A stretch of DNA of 46,384 nucleotides from Bdellovibrionota bacterium (GCA_041739515.1 JBGSNS010000013.1:1-46384), one strand, 5' to 3'. Shown: positions 1 through 9,637, counted from the first letter of the stretch. The notes: generated by a model not told the origin, from the letters alone. Numbers and translations are program-made.

Positions 1-146
1 CAGTGTAAATTCAAAAGTTGGAGAGCTGTGAACTACGTATTCTTTCCTACGGCGAGCGCCGAAGGGATGTCGGGAATACCCCCGAGTGTCGCCATCATTG
101 GCTATCGAAAGATTCGTAACTGTTTAGCTATATTACATATAGTGTG

Positions 147-168
147 CACTTTCGTGGGGATTCGTCAG
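147..168. repeat. End of dispersed intergenic repeat family B (CACTTTnGTGGGGATTCGTCAG)
   Basis: 21/22 identical to 3026-3047. The reverse complement resembles 2863-2877 and 45638-45652. Followed by GGACTGCCCCCC. Confidence 0.75.
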
Positions 169-284
169 GGACTGCCCCCCTCATATCGATCTTGATTAGT
201 TGAAGGTGAAAAAGTCGATTTTAGACTTTCTGAACCTCATTGCTGGTAGTTCATGGCGTGTACTCGTTTTTCACGGAGACCTGA

Positions 285-2762
285 TTAGAGTTCCGGTGAC
301 TCGTAATACGCTTGCTCATCTTTGGAACGCTCAAGAGCGCGAGGCGGCTCGGTTCCACGTTTAAAATATTCGAGGATAGCATCTGGGGCGCCGGCTTCAG
401 ATAGCACTCCTGTAGTTTTGTTCACCCAGAAAGGTTCAACTCCGGCTGGTACTGAGAATACGTCCCGTTCCAGCGGCGCTGGAGCAATGTACTCAATTCC
501 CAGACGCTCCGCATCACTCCGTGCTCCAGAAACTAACGCTTCATACCGCTCTTGATCGTTAGCCTTAAGAAATCCATCCATGGCATATACAAAAATCGGA
601 GCAGCAACTCGACCTCCGGTTTCCTTATTGCCGATCTCCTTTTTTTGATCGAACCCAGCCCAAACTCCACACACCCACTGCGGTGTATATCCGATAAACC
701 ACGTATCCATCTGATCATTCGATGTACCGGTCTTTCCGGCGACTGCGCGGTTTAACTCTTTGATTTTATACCCCGTTCCACGTTGTATGACCCCTTCCAT
801 CATATGCGCCATTATAAAAGCACTTTCCTCACTAATTGCTTGCGAAGCAGTAGTTAGCGCAGACGCCGACTGATCATAGAGAATACGACCAAAGCGATCT
901 TCAATTTTCGTTACCAATGATGATGGATAAAGAACTCCCTTTGCCGCGAACACACCGTATGCGCGAGAGAGTTCAAGCAACGTTACCTCCGAACTTCCAA
1001 GCGCAATCGATGGATTTCGACCAATCTTAGTCTCTATTCCGAGGCGCTTAGCATAACTAATAACTGCATCGAGTCCTATCTTAGAGACGATATCCACCGA
1101 GACCAAGTTTCGTGAATGTGCAAGCGCAAGTTGGAGCGGTATTGCCCCCAGAAATTTCCCGTCGTAATTCCCGGGCGTCCAAGTTTGATCCCCTACTTGA
1201 AACGTTCGTGGTGAATCGTACACCTTAGTGGATGGCGTATAGCCAAATCCATCTACAGCGGCGAGATATACAATCGGCTTAAACGTTGAGCCTGGTTGAC
1301 GATACGATTGTGTGGCCCGATTAAATACGTTGCGTTGATAACTATATCCGCCCACGACCGCCGCAACTTCGCCGTTATTGGGATTGAGAATCGTGATAGC
1401 ACCTTCGATATCCGGGGTCTGTTCGAGAACATACACCCCGTCCACGATCTTGATCGTCGATGAAGCGTTAGCATCACTATCGTTGGTTGATCTTCCTTTA
1501 GCTGGTTTAATCAGCTCCGTTTTTACACCAACCTCAATAACATCGCCGGGTTTAAGTTGGCTCTCGACTCCGGCGATAAATGTCACGCGATCTCCAGACA
1601 AGAGACGCTTCTTAGCCCAGCCAGCGGATTTTAAATCGAGAGTTCCTCTCGTGTTACCCGCCAATTCAATCGTTACGCGCGCACCCCCAGTTCGGACAAC
1701 ATCGACAATCAAGGCGGGGTATAACGTCTCAACCTTGAGCTCGGGTGGTACTCCATTTTGAACTCGAAACTGCGCTAGCGCGACACCGCGCTCAATAGGC
1801 CCGCGCCAACCGCGCCGTTTATCAACTTCTCTAAGGCCCAATACTAATGCACGCTCAGCATTCATCTGCGCTTGCATGTTTAGAGCGGTGTGAATAACCA
1901 ATCCATCACGATCGATATCCAACGCACGCCAACGTTCAGACATCACTCTTCGCACTTCGCTAACATAATATGGCGCTGCAAAGATATTAGCTTCCGTAGC
2001 TCTGTAAAACTTTAACTCCTCTGAAGAAGCTGCTTTATGTTCTGCGGTCGTTATAAATCCGACCTTTAACATCTGATCTAGGACATATGCTTGGCGACCC
2101 TTTGCCTTCGCTAAATGCGAGATCGGTGAATAACTCGAAGGAGCCTTTGGAAGCGCCGCAAGCATCGCAGCTTCAGCAACGGTGAGATCTCCAACTTCCT
2201 TTTTATAGTAAGCACGGGCCGCAGATTTCAGTCCGTACGCTTTATTGCCAAAGAAAATCTGATTAAGATAAATTTCTAATATATCGTCCTTTGATAGGCG
2301 TTTCTCTAGTCGGTACGAAAGAATCGCTTCCTTTAGCTTGCGAAGTAACTTTTTCTCAGGAGTGAGAAGCAAATTCTTTACGACCTGTTGCGTAATCGTA
2401 GAGCCACCCTGCGAAGCGCTCCCAGCTTTAAAGTTCTTTACTAATGCCCTTACAATACTGGTGGGGTCTATTCCGGGATGACTATAAAAATTGGCATCTT
2501 CAGCAGCTAAAAATGCATTGCGTACTTTCAGCGGAACCTCCGAAAGCTTTAACGGATACCGTCGCTCATCAAAAAATTCAGCCACTAAGGATTTATCAGC
2601 AGCTAGCACCGTCGAGACAGCTTGAGGTCGATAATCTTCGACTGTGTTAAAATCCGGTAAATCACGCGTGACGTAGTTCCAGCCCCAAAAACCAACGGCA
2701 CCACAGGCCAATAAGCCGATAAACGAGAGGATACTGAACGCGATTAACAGTTTACGAAACAC
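285..2762 (-). CDS. mrcA: Class A penicillin-binding protein 1A (transglycosylase/transpeptidase)
   Basis: N-terminal TM anchor. GT51 motifs EDANFYSH, GGSTITQQ, RKLKE. Transpeptidase motifs STFK, SRN, KTG. Contains the insertion typical of PBP1A. Confidence 0.95.
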   Translation of the reverse strand: MFRKLLIAFSILSFIGLLACGAVGFWGWNYVTRDLPDFNTVEDYRPQAVSTVLAADKSLVAEFFDERRYPLKLSEVPLKVRNAFLAAEDANFYSHPGIDPTSIVRALVKNFKAGSASQGGSTITQQVVKNLLLTPEKKLLRKLKEAILSYRLEKRLSKDDILEIYLNQIFFGNKAYGLKSAARAYYKKEVGDLTVAEAAMLAALPKAPSSYSPISHLAKAKGRQAYVLDQMLKVGFITTAEHKAASSEELKFYRATEANIFAAPYYVSEVRRVMSERWRALDIDRDGLVIHTALNMQAQMNAERALVLGLREVDKRRGWRGPIERGVALAQFRVQNGVPPELKVETLYPALIVDVVRTGGARVTIELAGNTRGTLDLKSAGWAKKRLLSGDRVTFIAGVESQLKPGDVIEVGVKTELIKPAKGRSTNDSDANASSTIKIVDGVYVLEQTPDIEGAITILNPNNGEVAAVVGGYSYQRNVFNRATQSYRQPGSTFKPIVYLAAVDGFGYTPSTKVYDSPRTFQVGDQTWTPGNYDGKFLGAIPLQLALAHSRNLVSVDIVSKIGLDAVISYAKRLGIETKIGRNPSIALGSSEVTLLELSRAYGVFAAKGVLYPSSLVTKIEDRFGRILYDQSASALTTASQAISEESAFIMAHMMEGVIQRGTGYKIKELNRAVAGKTGTSNDQMDTWFIGYTPQWVCGVWAGFDQKKEIGNKETGGRVAAPIFVYAMDGFLKANDQERYEALVSGARSDAERLGIEYIAPAPLERDVFSVPAGVEPFWVNKTTGVLSEAGAPDAILEYFKRGTEPPRALERSKDEQAYYESPEL

Positions 2763-2862
2763 AACAGGACTATGCCCTAGAAACCAGCTGGTCGGTAGAG
2801 TTGCTGATCCACGAGACTAAAAAGTACTTGAGGGAAGCGTCCAAACGAAGCGACTGTGCCTG

Positions 2863-3047
2863 AGTGATCCTCACGAAGCCCGATGAGATTTCACCACGAA
2901 GAACACAAAGGAATTGGCTCTCCTTCGTGATCTTCGTGGTGAACAAAATTTTTACTTGCCAATTTAACTGACGAGGTAAATCTAGATTGTTCCGCCAAGT
3001 GCCTGGTATTACCGAATTTTTGACACACTTTAGTGGGGATTCGTCAG
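2863..3047. repeat. MITE/REP-like family B element with imperfect inverted ends and an internal palindrome at 2890-2943
   Basis: 2863-2901 aligns ungapped to 45638-45676 (30/39). 3026-3047 matches 147-168. Internal inverted repeat TTCACCACGAAGAACACAAAGGA / TCCTTCGTGATCTTCGTGGTGAA. Confidence 0.7.
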
Positions 3048-3059
3048 CAACGGTACCGT

Positions 3060-4556
3060 TTACTGCGCCGATTCGCTCACGTCGGCATGTTCAACGGGCG
3101 GCGTTGGTGAAGGCTCATCAACTGTTACAGCCTTTACGAATACTTCCCTCGCCGGAAGAATCTTACCAACAACTGCTTCATCGACCGTGAATGGCTCCAG
3201 GAGCTTATCCACCCCGATCGCCCGCTGCGCCTCTGGTAACTGATTCCCAACTATAATATTTCGAACCTTGCCATCGACAAGCGTTACCTCAACGCTACCG
3301 TACGGTGCATCGAATCCAAGTCCCTGGGCATTAGGATCGAGAAACCCTTTCGCTTCTAATTTCGAAAGAGTGTCAAAGTACCCAGTAATAAACGGATCGT
3401 CTCCGGGTTTACCATCGACCAGCCAAGCTGATGAAGAAGGAGTCTGATCTGTGTCGGATTGTGTTGTTTTCCCGGAATTGCGGGATAGAGAGATGGAAAC
3501 GTCACCTTTCTTCACCACGACCGAATCAACGTTCGAGGAATCAAACGAAGCCAAAGCCTTCTCTCTATAATCATTCACATTTTTGATTACGCGAGCTTTA
3601 ACTTCCTCGGTGAACTTTACGATATGATCACTCCCGCCTATCTGTACCGCGAGCGAGTCCTTCCCATTCGCTCCTTTAAATCTTCCGAATCGAGCTTCGA
3701 TCGGCTCTCTCTTATCGTCCTTGAAGCTAATTTTTACGATTAGTTCCGGCGTCACTAGCCCATGCACCGATTGCTTTTCGGGGGTGTTCGCGTCATCCAC
3801 GAATTCCGTTGCGCGCACGGAGCGAATCGCTCGAAATACCTCGTTGATCACATCGCTACTAACAGAGACTGACTTTGGTGCGGTCATCCTCCAACGATGA
3901 TTTTGCTCAAAAACATAGCTGGTGTTCGCATCCGTCAACGTTAATTCCTTAACGTCTCCCTCATAGATAATCAGAGGCAAGCGATTACGGAAATCATCTC
4001 GTTTCTTGGAGACTACATCGTAAAGCTCAGATGGAATCAGGTATAATGCGGGATCGTTGTCGATCTGAACGTAGCGTTGCGACACGTATTCATTAATCTT
4101 GCCGAAATTTAATTCACGGACCGTGCCACTTGCGCTTGTAATCTTCAAAGTCGCTGAAGCGGGCGCGAGTCCATATACGGACATATCGTCTCCAGCTTCC
4201 TGCCCTGATATCCCATCGCGGAGCGTTAACGCTTGAAGCGCTGAGAACAAAGTATTCAGCGCTGGCGAATCTAGATCCGCGCCGGAAATACCCTCGATTC
4301 CCCAGTGACCGAGTTCTGAATCAAGCACGGTCTTTCCATCGGTATCCGACGGCGAAGTGGTAGCCTGCGAGTTGACAAAGGTGAATGTACCAGCTGGCTC
4401 AGATGACAACGTCACCGACTTAATCGTGACCGGTTTTAAATCTACAAATGGCTTTGCAATTGCTGCTTGCACAGCATCGCTTTTTAACTCCACCTGCGAA
4501 ATATAGAGTGCCAAGCCACCGAGAATAACGACTGAAACTAGAATGCGCTTAAACAC
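3060..4556 (-). CDS. DUF4340-type membrane-anchored periplasmic protein (accessory to Gld-like ABC system)
   Basis: N-terminal anchor and three repeated modules (YGLAPA, HGLVTP, LGFDAP). Last gene of a GldA/F/G-like operon, the usual position of DUF4340. Confidence 0.8.
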   Translation of the reverse strand: MFKRILVSVVILGGLALYISQVELKSDAVQAAIAKPFVDLKPVTIKSVTLSSEPAGTFTFVNSQATTSPSDTDGKTVLDSELGHWGIEGISGADLDSPALNTLFSALQALTLRDGISGQEAGDDMSVYGLAPASATLKITSASGTVRELNFGKINEYVSQRYVQIDNDPALYLIPSELYDVVSKKRDDFRNRLPLIIYEGDVKELTLTDANTSYVFEQNHRWRMTAPKSVSVSSDVINEVFRAIRSVRATEFVDDANTPEKQSVHGLVTPELIVKISFKDDKREPIEARFGRFKGANGKDSLAVQIGGSDHIVKFTEEVKARVIKNVNDYREKALASFDSSNVDSVVVKKGDVSISLSRNSGKTTQSDTDQTPSSSAWLVDGKPGDDPFITGYFDTLSKLEAKGFLDPNAQGLGFDAPYGSVEVTLVDGKVRNIIVGNQLPEAQRAIGVDKLLEPFTVDEAVVGKILPAREVFVKAVTVDEPSPTPPVEHADVSESAQ

Positions 4557-4581
4557 AGAAGTGCAACTCCATTAATTACAT

Positions 4582-6177
4582 TTACCGTGCGCCAACAGTT
4601 CTTCTACGCAACCAGACGAAAAGACCCATAAGGATTAATAATTCCGGCACAATGAAGCCGACCTGTAGCAACGTCTTAAAAGCACCTGTTCCGATCGGTG
4701 TAACGGAGCTTCGCAACTGACGAGGACGGATACTCACGTTGGTTTCCTGTCCCGTTAACCACCCGAGTGAGTTAAGCGAGAGATCTCTATGCGCTGGGTA
4801 CTTAAAGCTCGCGTTTGATAACCAACTCGAATCTCCGAACACAACGACCTTCGATACGTTATCGCCTGATTTTTTCTCATACGCGACAGCGAGCGATACG
4901 GGGCCCTTGGCATCGCCCTCACCGAAATCAGCAGATGGCTCAGCGGCATCGTAAATGGCCGCTAAATTACTCTCCCCCCATCCACTATCGCTAGTCTTGA
5001 GCAACTCGTCGTATTTCACATCTCCCGCCGAAGCGCTTGATCCAACGGAAGCGGCACCCTCAACTACGATAACATCCCGATTCTGGGTAAAGCGCTTTGT
5101 AATCTCGTGGGCACCAAAGCTTGATGCGGCAAACTGTACCGCGACCGATGGGCCAGCGAATAATTGAGTAACAACATCCAGCACAACATTTTGGCCTATG
5201 GTAATTCCGAAATGCTGAGCTAAATCGATCACATCTTGCTGACCACGGGCTTTCGTTGACACGAAAAGTCTACCACCGGAGTCTACATAGCTTTGAAGCG
5301 CTTCCATCTCCCCTGGAAACAGCGGCCCTTGAGGAGCTACCCACATCACAGCAGCGGCATCTTCCGGAATCCCCTTAGTTTTACTCTGTGAGAGATTTAT
5401 TTCCTCAATCTCAACGTGTTCATCTCTTAACGCATCGGCGAATCGTTGCATTCCTTGCGGACCAGCATCTGAAAGTGAGGGCTCGCTATGACCGCTAAGA
5501 TAGTAAACTTTCTTAGCAGCGCCGGCCGTTAATTTTAAGATTCCGTTTGTAATCGCATCTTCGGTCGCTTCGTTAAGTCTAGAGATCGCGGTATTTCCCG
5601 CAGCACCGGGCTCACCATATTCAAGATAAACTAAGTTACCACCCTTCATCCCAAGCTTCTCGACGAGCTGCATCTTGGCTCGCGGATTGACGAACTCGGT
5701 CGTTACTTTTCCCGGATTGGCGCTCTGATATAGCTTTAGAAGCTCGCGCAGATTTTCTGCTTGACGCTCAGCCTTTACATCGAAGCCAACGATTCGTAGC
5801 GGTTGTGTAAGTTTTTCAACAGCGTTGCGTGATTGCTCAGCCAAGCTGTAAACACCTTGCTCAGTTAAATCTAGGCGCTGGTCGTAACGCGTCGCGATAA
5901 AATTGAGTGATGCCAGAATTCCTACGAAGACTACGATGTAAACCGCTGATCCACCCCAAAAGCGCCAACTCCTCCCGGTCTCCATCCGGTTCGGTGCTCC
6001 GCGTTTAGCGAAAAAGAAGCCGAAGATCATCATTGCTAGACCGATCACCAGGTGTGCGGTGGTATAGATCTTACTACCGGCGAAAAAGCTAGCTGTTTGA
6101 AGATAGTCCCCGATGAAAAGTCCTAGCAATCCAAAGAAGAAAATCACTGCCCCGATAAATTTACTGTATGCTGCCAT
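4582..6177 (-). CDS. GldG-family / ABC_transp_aux ABC transporter auxiliary component
   Basis: N-terminal TMs, DLTEQGVYSLAEQS, VYYLSGHSE, VVVFGDSSWL, LNSLGWLTG, C-terminal TM ending RRR. Start placed at the ATG at 6177; the ORF track starts at TTG 6183. Confidence 0.88.
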   Translation of the reverse strand: MAAYSKFIGAVIFFFGLLGLFIGDYLQTASFFAGSKIYTTAHLVIGLAMMIFGFFFAKRGAPNRMETGRSWRFWGGSAVYIVVFVGILASLNFIATRYDQRLDLTEQGVYSLAEQSRNAVEKLTQPLRIVGFDVKAERQAENLRELLKLYQSANPGKVTTEFVNPRAKMQLVEKLGMKGGNLVYLEYGEPGAAGNTAISRLNEATEDAITNGILKLTAGAAKKVYYLSGHSEPSLSDAGPQGMQRFADALRDEHVEIEEINLSQSKTKGIPEDAAAVMWVAPQGPLFPGEMEALQSYVDSGGRLFVSTKARGQQDVIDLAQHFGITIGQNVVLDVVTQLFAGPSVAVQFAASSFGAHEITKRFTQNRDVIVVEGAASVGSSASAGDVKYDELLKTSDSGWGESNLAAIYDAAEPSADFGEGDAKGPVSLAVAYEKKSGDNVSKVVVFGDSSWLSNASFKYPAHRDLSLNSLGWLTGQETNVSIRPRQLRSSVTPIGTGAFKTLLQVGFIVPELLILMGLFVWLRRRTVGAR

Positions 6178-6183
6178 AAACAA

Positions 6184-6215
6184 ATCGCCAAATTGTTCAC
6201 CATCGCCAAATTGTT
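6184..6215. repeat. 14-bp direct duplication (ATCGCCAAATTGTT x2, 18-bp period) at a gene junction
   Basis: Exact copies at 6184-6197 and 6202-6215. Confidence 0.85.
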
Positions 6216-6217
6216 AG

Positions 6218-6991
6218 TTAGCGATAGCGAAACGATTCCAAAGACCGAACCGATAGGAATATCCCAAGAGTAATCAAGCTAAAAAAGTAGAAAACGCTTT
6301 TAAGCGAAAGTACACCTTTAAGCAGATCGATGACTTGTGCCTGCGGAGAAAGCGAACGAAACAACGTGGACACAAACTCGTTCGTTCCCTGCTCTGCCGG
6401 CGCCTGAATCACATACAGCAACAACAGTATGACCATGCTCGATGCCGCAGCAACGATCTGGTTCTCCGTGTATGACGACGCCGCTATCCCAACCGAAGCG
6501 AGCCCCAGTGCGAATAGAATGACACCGCCAATCCCTGAAATTAAGGGCGCAATCTCCAAGTCCAAAATGAGTGGAAGCGACAAGGGAAAAATAGACGCCA
6601 GCAATACCATAGCGGTGATCAGGGTCCCGACGCCGAGAAATTTTCCAACTACCAATTCCAAGATACTAACCGGTGAAGTTATCAATAGTTCAAACGTTCC
6701 AAGTCGTCGTTCTTCAGCGATGGTGCGCATCGTTAGAATCGGAATCAAGAACACAAGCACCACTAGCATGGTACTAAAATATTGCTCGACTACGAATTGA
6801 TTGAGACTCGGGATCTGTGAACCAGCCCATGGCATCTGGGCTGCCTGCACTACATATGAGTTATACGCAGCAAGAATTAGGAAGAAGAAAAATGCTCCGA
6901 TGATTACAAAACCACCTAATACAAAATACGCCACTGGACTTACGAACAGCGAGAGTAATTCTCGCTTTGCAATCGCTACGATGTTTCTCAT
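6218..6991 (-). CDS. ABC-2 type transporter permease (GldF-like)
   Basis: IAKRELLSLFVSPVAY, TMRTIAEERRLGTFELLITSP, TENQIVA; multiple TMs; overlaps the ATPase stop by 4 bp. Confidence 0.92.
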   Translation of the reverse strand: MRNIVAIAKRELLSLFVSPVAYFVLGGFVIIGAFFFFLILAAYNSYVVQAAQMPWAGSQIPSLNQFVVEQYFSTMLVVLVFLIPILTMRTIAEERRLGTFELLITSPVSILELVVGKFLGVGTLITAMVLLASIFPLSLPLILDLEIAPLISGIGGVILFALGLASVGIAASSYTENQIVAAASSMVILLLLYVIQAPAEQGTNEFVSTLFRSLSPQAQVIDLLKGVLSLKSVFYFFSLITLGIFLSVRSLESFRYR

Positions 6992-7755
6992 GATGCATTA
7001 GCCCCTGACTCGGACTCTGGTGCAGCTACAAGCTCTGCCTGAACTGCACCTTCCGATGACACAGCTCCAATAAACGTTTCTTCAAGCGAGCGCTCTTTTA
7101 CAAGCTCAGCGAGTGGTTTCTCAAGTACTACAGAGCCACGATGAATTATAACTACTTTATTACACACCATACTTACCTCCGGTAAAATGTGCGTACTTAA
7201 TATTACCGTGTGATTATCTCCAAGAGACTTTATGAGTCTCCGAATCTCGATGATCTGCTTAGGATCGAGCCCACTTGTTGGTTCATCTAAGATAATGACA
7301 TCCGGATCATGGATGATGGCCTGAGCGATTCCAACCCGCTGGCGATATCCGCGCGACAACGTTGAGCAGAGCTTGCCAGCTACGTCATCTATAAAACAAC
7401 GCTTCATGGTGGACTCGACTTTAGAGTTGAGTTCGCTTGAGCGAACACCTTTAATCTGACCGACAAATTTTAAATATTCCTTTACCGTCATCTCCGGATA
7501 GAGCGGTGGATTTTCCGGAAGATAGCCGATGCGCTTCCGCACCTCATCGGGCTGAGCGATAACGTCGTAGCCAGCCACAATAGCAGTTCCGGCGCTTGGC
7601 GGCGTGTAAGTTGCCAGCATCCTGATGGTAGAGGTTTTTCCTGCTCCGTTAGGCCCAAGAAACCCTACGATGTCCCCTTTTTTTGCAGAGAACGTCACGT
7701 TCGTGACGGCGCTAAACTCCCCGTATCTCTTGGAGATGTTTTTGACTTCTATCAT
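6988..7755 (-). CDS. ABC transporter ATP-binding protein (GldA-like)
   Basis: Walker A GPNGAGKT, signature LSRGYRQR, Walker B IILDEP, STH. Start placed at MIEVKN (7755) with GAGGG upstream. Confidence 0.95.
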   Translation of the reverse strand: MIEVKNISKRYGEFSAVTNVTFSAKKGDIVGFLGPNGAGKTSTIRMLATYTPPSAGTAIVAGYDVIAQPDEVRKRIGYLPENPPLYPEMTVKEYLKFVGQIKGVRSSELNSKVESTMKRCFIDDVAGKLCSTLSRGYRQRVGIAQAIIHDPDVIILDEPTSGLDPKQIIEIRRLIKSLGDNHTVILSTHILPEVSMVCNKVVIIHRGSVVLEKPLAELVKERSLEETFIGAVSSEGAVQAELVAAPESESGANAS

Positions 7756-7790
7756 ATGCCCTCGATAATAAAGCATGTAATCGATGTGGC

Positions 7791-8345
7791 ATGAAAAGCG
7801 CAAGAGCTGGTATCGTCCACCGCATGCAAAAAGCTTTAGAGGGTTTCTCCACCATAAGTATAATCGCCTGTCTGGCATTGAGCGGATGTCAGGCTTGGGT
7901 TACTCCGATCCCTATTTCGCCATTCGAGTCACAGGCGTCACGATCAAGAGGGCAGACCCACAGCGAACAGCCTGTAACTGAGCCGAGCTCAGAACAGGCC
8001 CCCAAAACAAAGAACAATCCTCAGTCCGCCAGAGTCCTCGCTCCAAAAGTTTCCATGTTCCTAGTTAGGTGGTCGCTGCCCGCGTCAGCGACGGACATTA
8101 ATCAGTTTAGACTAGATTATGGCGTTAATCATAAATCACTAGATAGCTCCATAAGACTACATAGGCGAGATCTCGAATCAGACTTCACCCCTGATAATAC
8201 CGCGGTGATATTTAAGCATCCGATTTCAATGCCCGGGGTTGTAACTGAGCTATCCGTAAAGGTTTCAGCCATTTCCGATACCGGAGTAGAAACACCAAGT
8301 GTGGTGTTCACATCTAAACGGATCGGAGAATCCCCTACGCTCTGA
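7791..8345 (+). CDS. Putative lipoprotein of unknown function
   Basis: Lipobox-like LALSGC, low-complexity linker, beta-rich C-terminal domain (VRWS...RLDYG, FN3-like pattern). True start may be the second ATG. Confidence 0.55.
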   Translation: MKSARAGIVHRMQKALEGFSTISIIACLALSGCQAWVTPIPISPFESQASRSRGQTHSEQPVTEPSSEQAPKTKNNPQSARVLAPKVSMFLVRWSLPASATDINQFRLDYGVNHKSLDSSIRLHRRDLESDFTPDNTAVIFKHPISMPGVVTELSVKVSAISDTGVETPSVVFTSKRIGESPTL

Positions 8346-8357
8346 GCCTATTTTAGC

Positions 8358-8386
8358 CTCAATTTAATTGGATGGAACACCGATTT
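8358..8386 (+). promoter_or_regulatory. Possible sigma-28 (FliA) promoter of flagellin
   Basis: TCAA-N16-ACCGATTT versus consensus TAAA-N15-GCCGATAA, about 45 nt upstream of the flagellin ATG. Imperfect match. Confidence 0.35.
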
Positions 8387-8429
8387 CCTAGTTGAGAGTA
8401 ATTAGGTTGGCGCCCGCAGTAGTAGTGGT

Positions 8430-9287
8430 ATGGGGATATCTGTTCGAACAAACATCTCATCATTGCAAGCTCAATCCGAGCTTCGTAAATCTACGAACGC
8501 GCTCGCCAAAAGTTTTGAGCGACTCTCCTCTGGATTGCGGATCAACGGTGCTGATGACGATCCAGCAGGATTACAATTAGCCGACATACTCCGAAATCAA
8601 GGTCGCATAGCGGACGTCGCAGTCCGAAACGCCAACGATGGTCTCTCTATAGCTTCCGTAGCGGATAACGCTTTGGGAGCGATCGGTGATTCCCTAGCTC
8701 GTATGCTCGAATTAGCCCAGACTAGCGCGAGTGGTGCCTACACCAACGTTCAACGATCTGCATTGGCGCTGGAATTCGCAGCCCTAGGATCGGAGATCGA
8801 GCGCATCGCTACGACAACTACTTTTAATAATGTAGCGTTACTTTCAAACAGCAGTTCAACCACTCTTCAGGTTGGACTCGATGGAACGGCGAACAGCCGT
8901 ATTACGATGCAATCCGTACTAGGTACCCTCGTTTCCTTAGGTTTAGGAAATAGCGGGGGAACGCTCTCCTATTCGATCATCGATATCAGCGTAGCCGGGG
9001 CCCAAAACTCAGCGCAGAACGCGTTGTCCGCGGTTCAAACAGCGATCGATAATGTTGGTATTCGACGCGGCGTTTTGGGCGCTGCCGAGAGCAGACTAAG
9101 CATAGCAATCAATTATTTGTCACAAGCCCGCGAGAACTTTCTGGCGGCGGAAGGACGCATCCGTGATGTGGATATCGCTCAGGAGACGGCAAACATGGTC
9201 GCATTGCAGGTTAGACAGCAATCTGCCACGGCGATTCTTGCCCAGGCTAATTTGCAACCGCAGCTAGTTTTAAATCTTCTGAGCTAA
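8430..9287 (+). CDS. fliC: Flagellin (short, D0/D1 only)
   Basis: ERLSSGLRIN..DDPAGL, RNANDGLS, RMLELA, TTFN, LQVG, and C-terminal RIRDVDIAQE...AILAQANLQPQLVLNLL. Confidence 0.95.
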   Translation: MGISVRTNISSLQAQSELRKSTNALAKSFERLSSGLRINGADDDPAGLQLADILRNQGRIADVAVRNANDGLSIASVADNALGAIGDSLARMLELAQTSASGAYTNVQRSALALEFAALGSEIERIATTTTFNNVALLSNSSSTTLQVGLDGTANSRITMQSVLGTLVSLGLGNSGGTLSYSIIDISVAGAQNSAQNALSAVQTAIDNVGIRRGVLGAAESRLSIAINYLSQARENFLAAEGRIRDVDIAQETANMVALQVRQQSATAILAQANLQPQLVLNLLS

Positions 9288-9434
9288 TGGGAACACGGTA
9301 ACTTACTGTAATCACCCATGATTTTTCATTAATATAAGGGCCGATTAAATTTGTTACCTCGCCTTGATTACAAGCATAACAAGTGCGGCAAGTCCGTTCG
9401 GTTTGTTCGATCACTTTCGAAAGGAGTGTGTTCG

Positions 9435-9524
9435 ATGGGTAACAAGGTTTTGTATTGTGCGGGTTGGTCGGAAGGTAAGAGGATTTTTATTCTCTCAGTG
9501 CTGTGCTTCTTGGCGATGTGCTGA
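9435..9524 (+). CDS. Candidate 29-aa small protein MGNKVLYCAGWSEGKRIFILSVLCFLAMC
   Basis: AAGGAG (9421-9426) lies 8 nt before the ATG; hydrophobic C-terminal half. Too short for the ORF track. Confidence 0.3.
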   Translation: MGNKVLYCAGWSEGKRIFILSVLCFLAMC

Positions 9525-9637
9525 TCTCCTTGTCCATCCTTCCCAAAAAATAAAGATCTGAAAATTTGTTGGCTCGCGGCATTCTGAGTGTAGCGAGTGG
9601 CGAACTGGGTTGAGAGTTGTAGACACCCATTAAGCCA

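Noticed and set aside
7756-7878. 41-aa N-terminal extension of the ABC ATPase in the ORF track
   Set aside because: It overlaps the divergent lipoprotein gene. The family starts at MIEV, which has its own RBS.
9364-9561. 65-aa ORF (TTG start)
   Set aside because: No RBS or motif. The only RBS-supported frame here is the 29-aa ORF at 9435.
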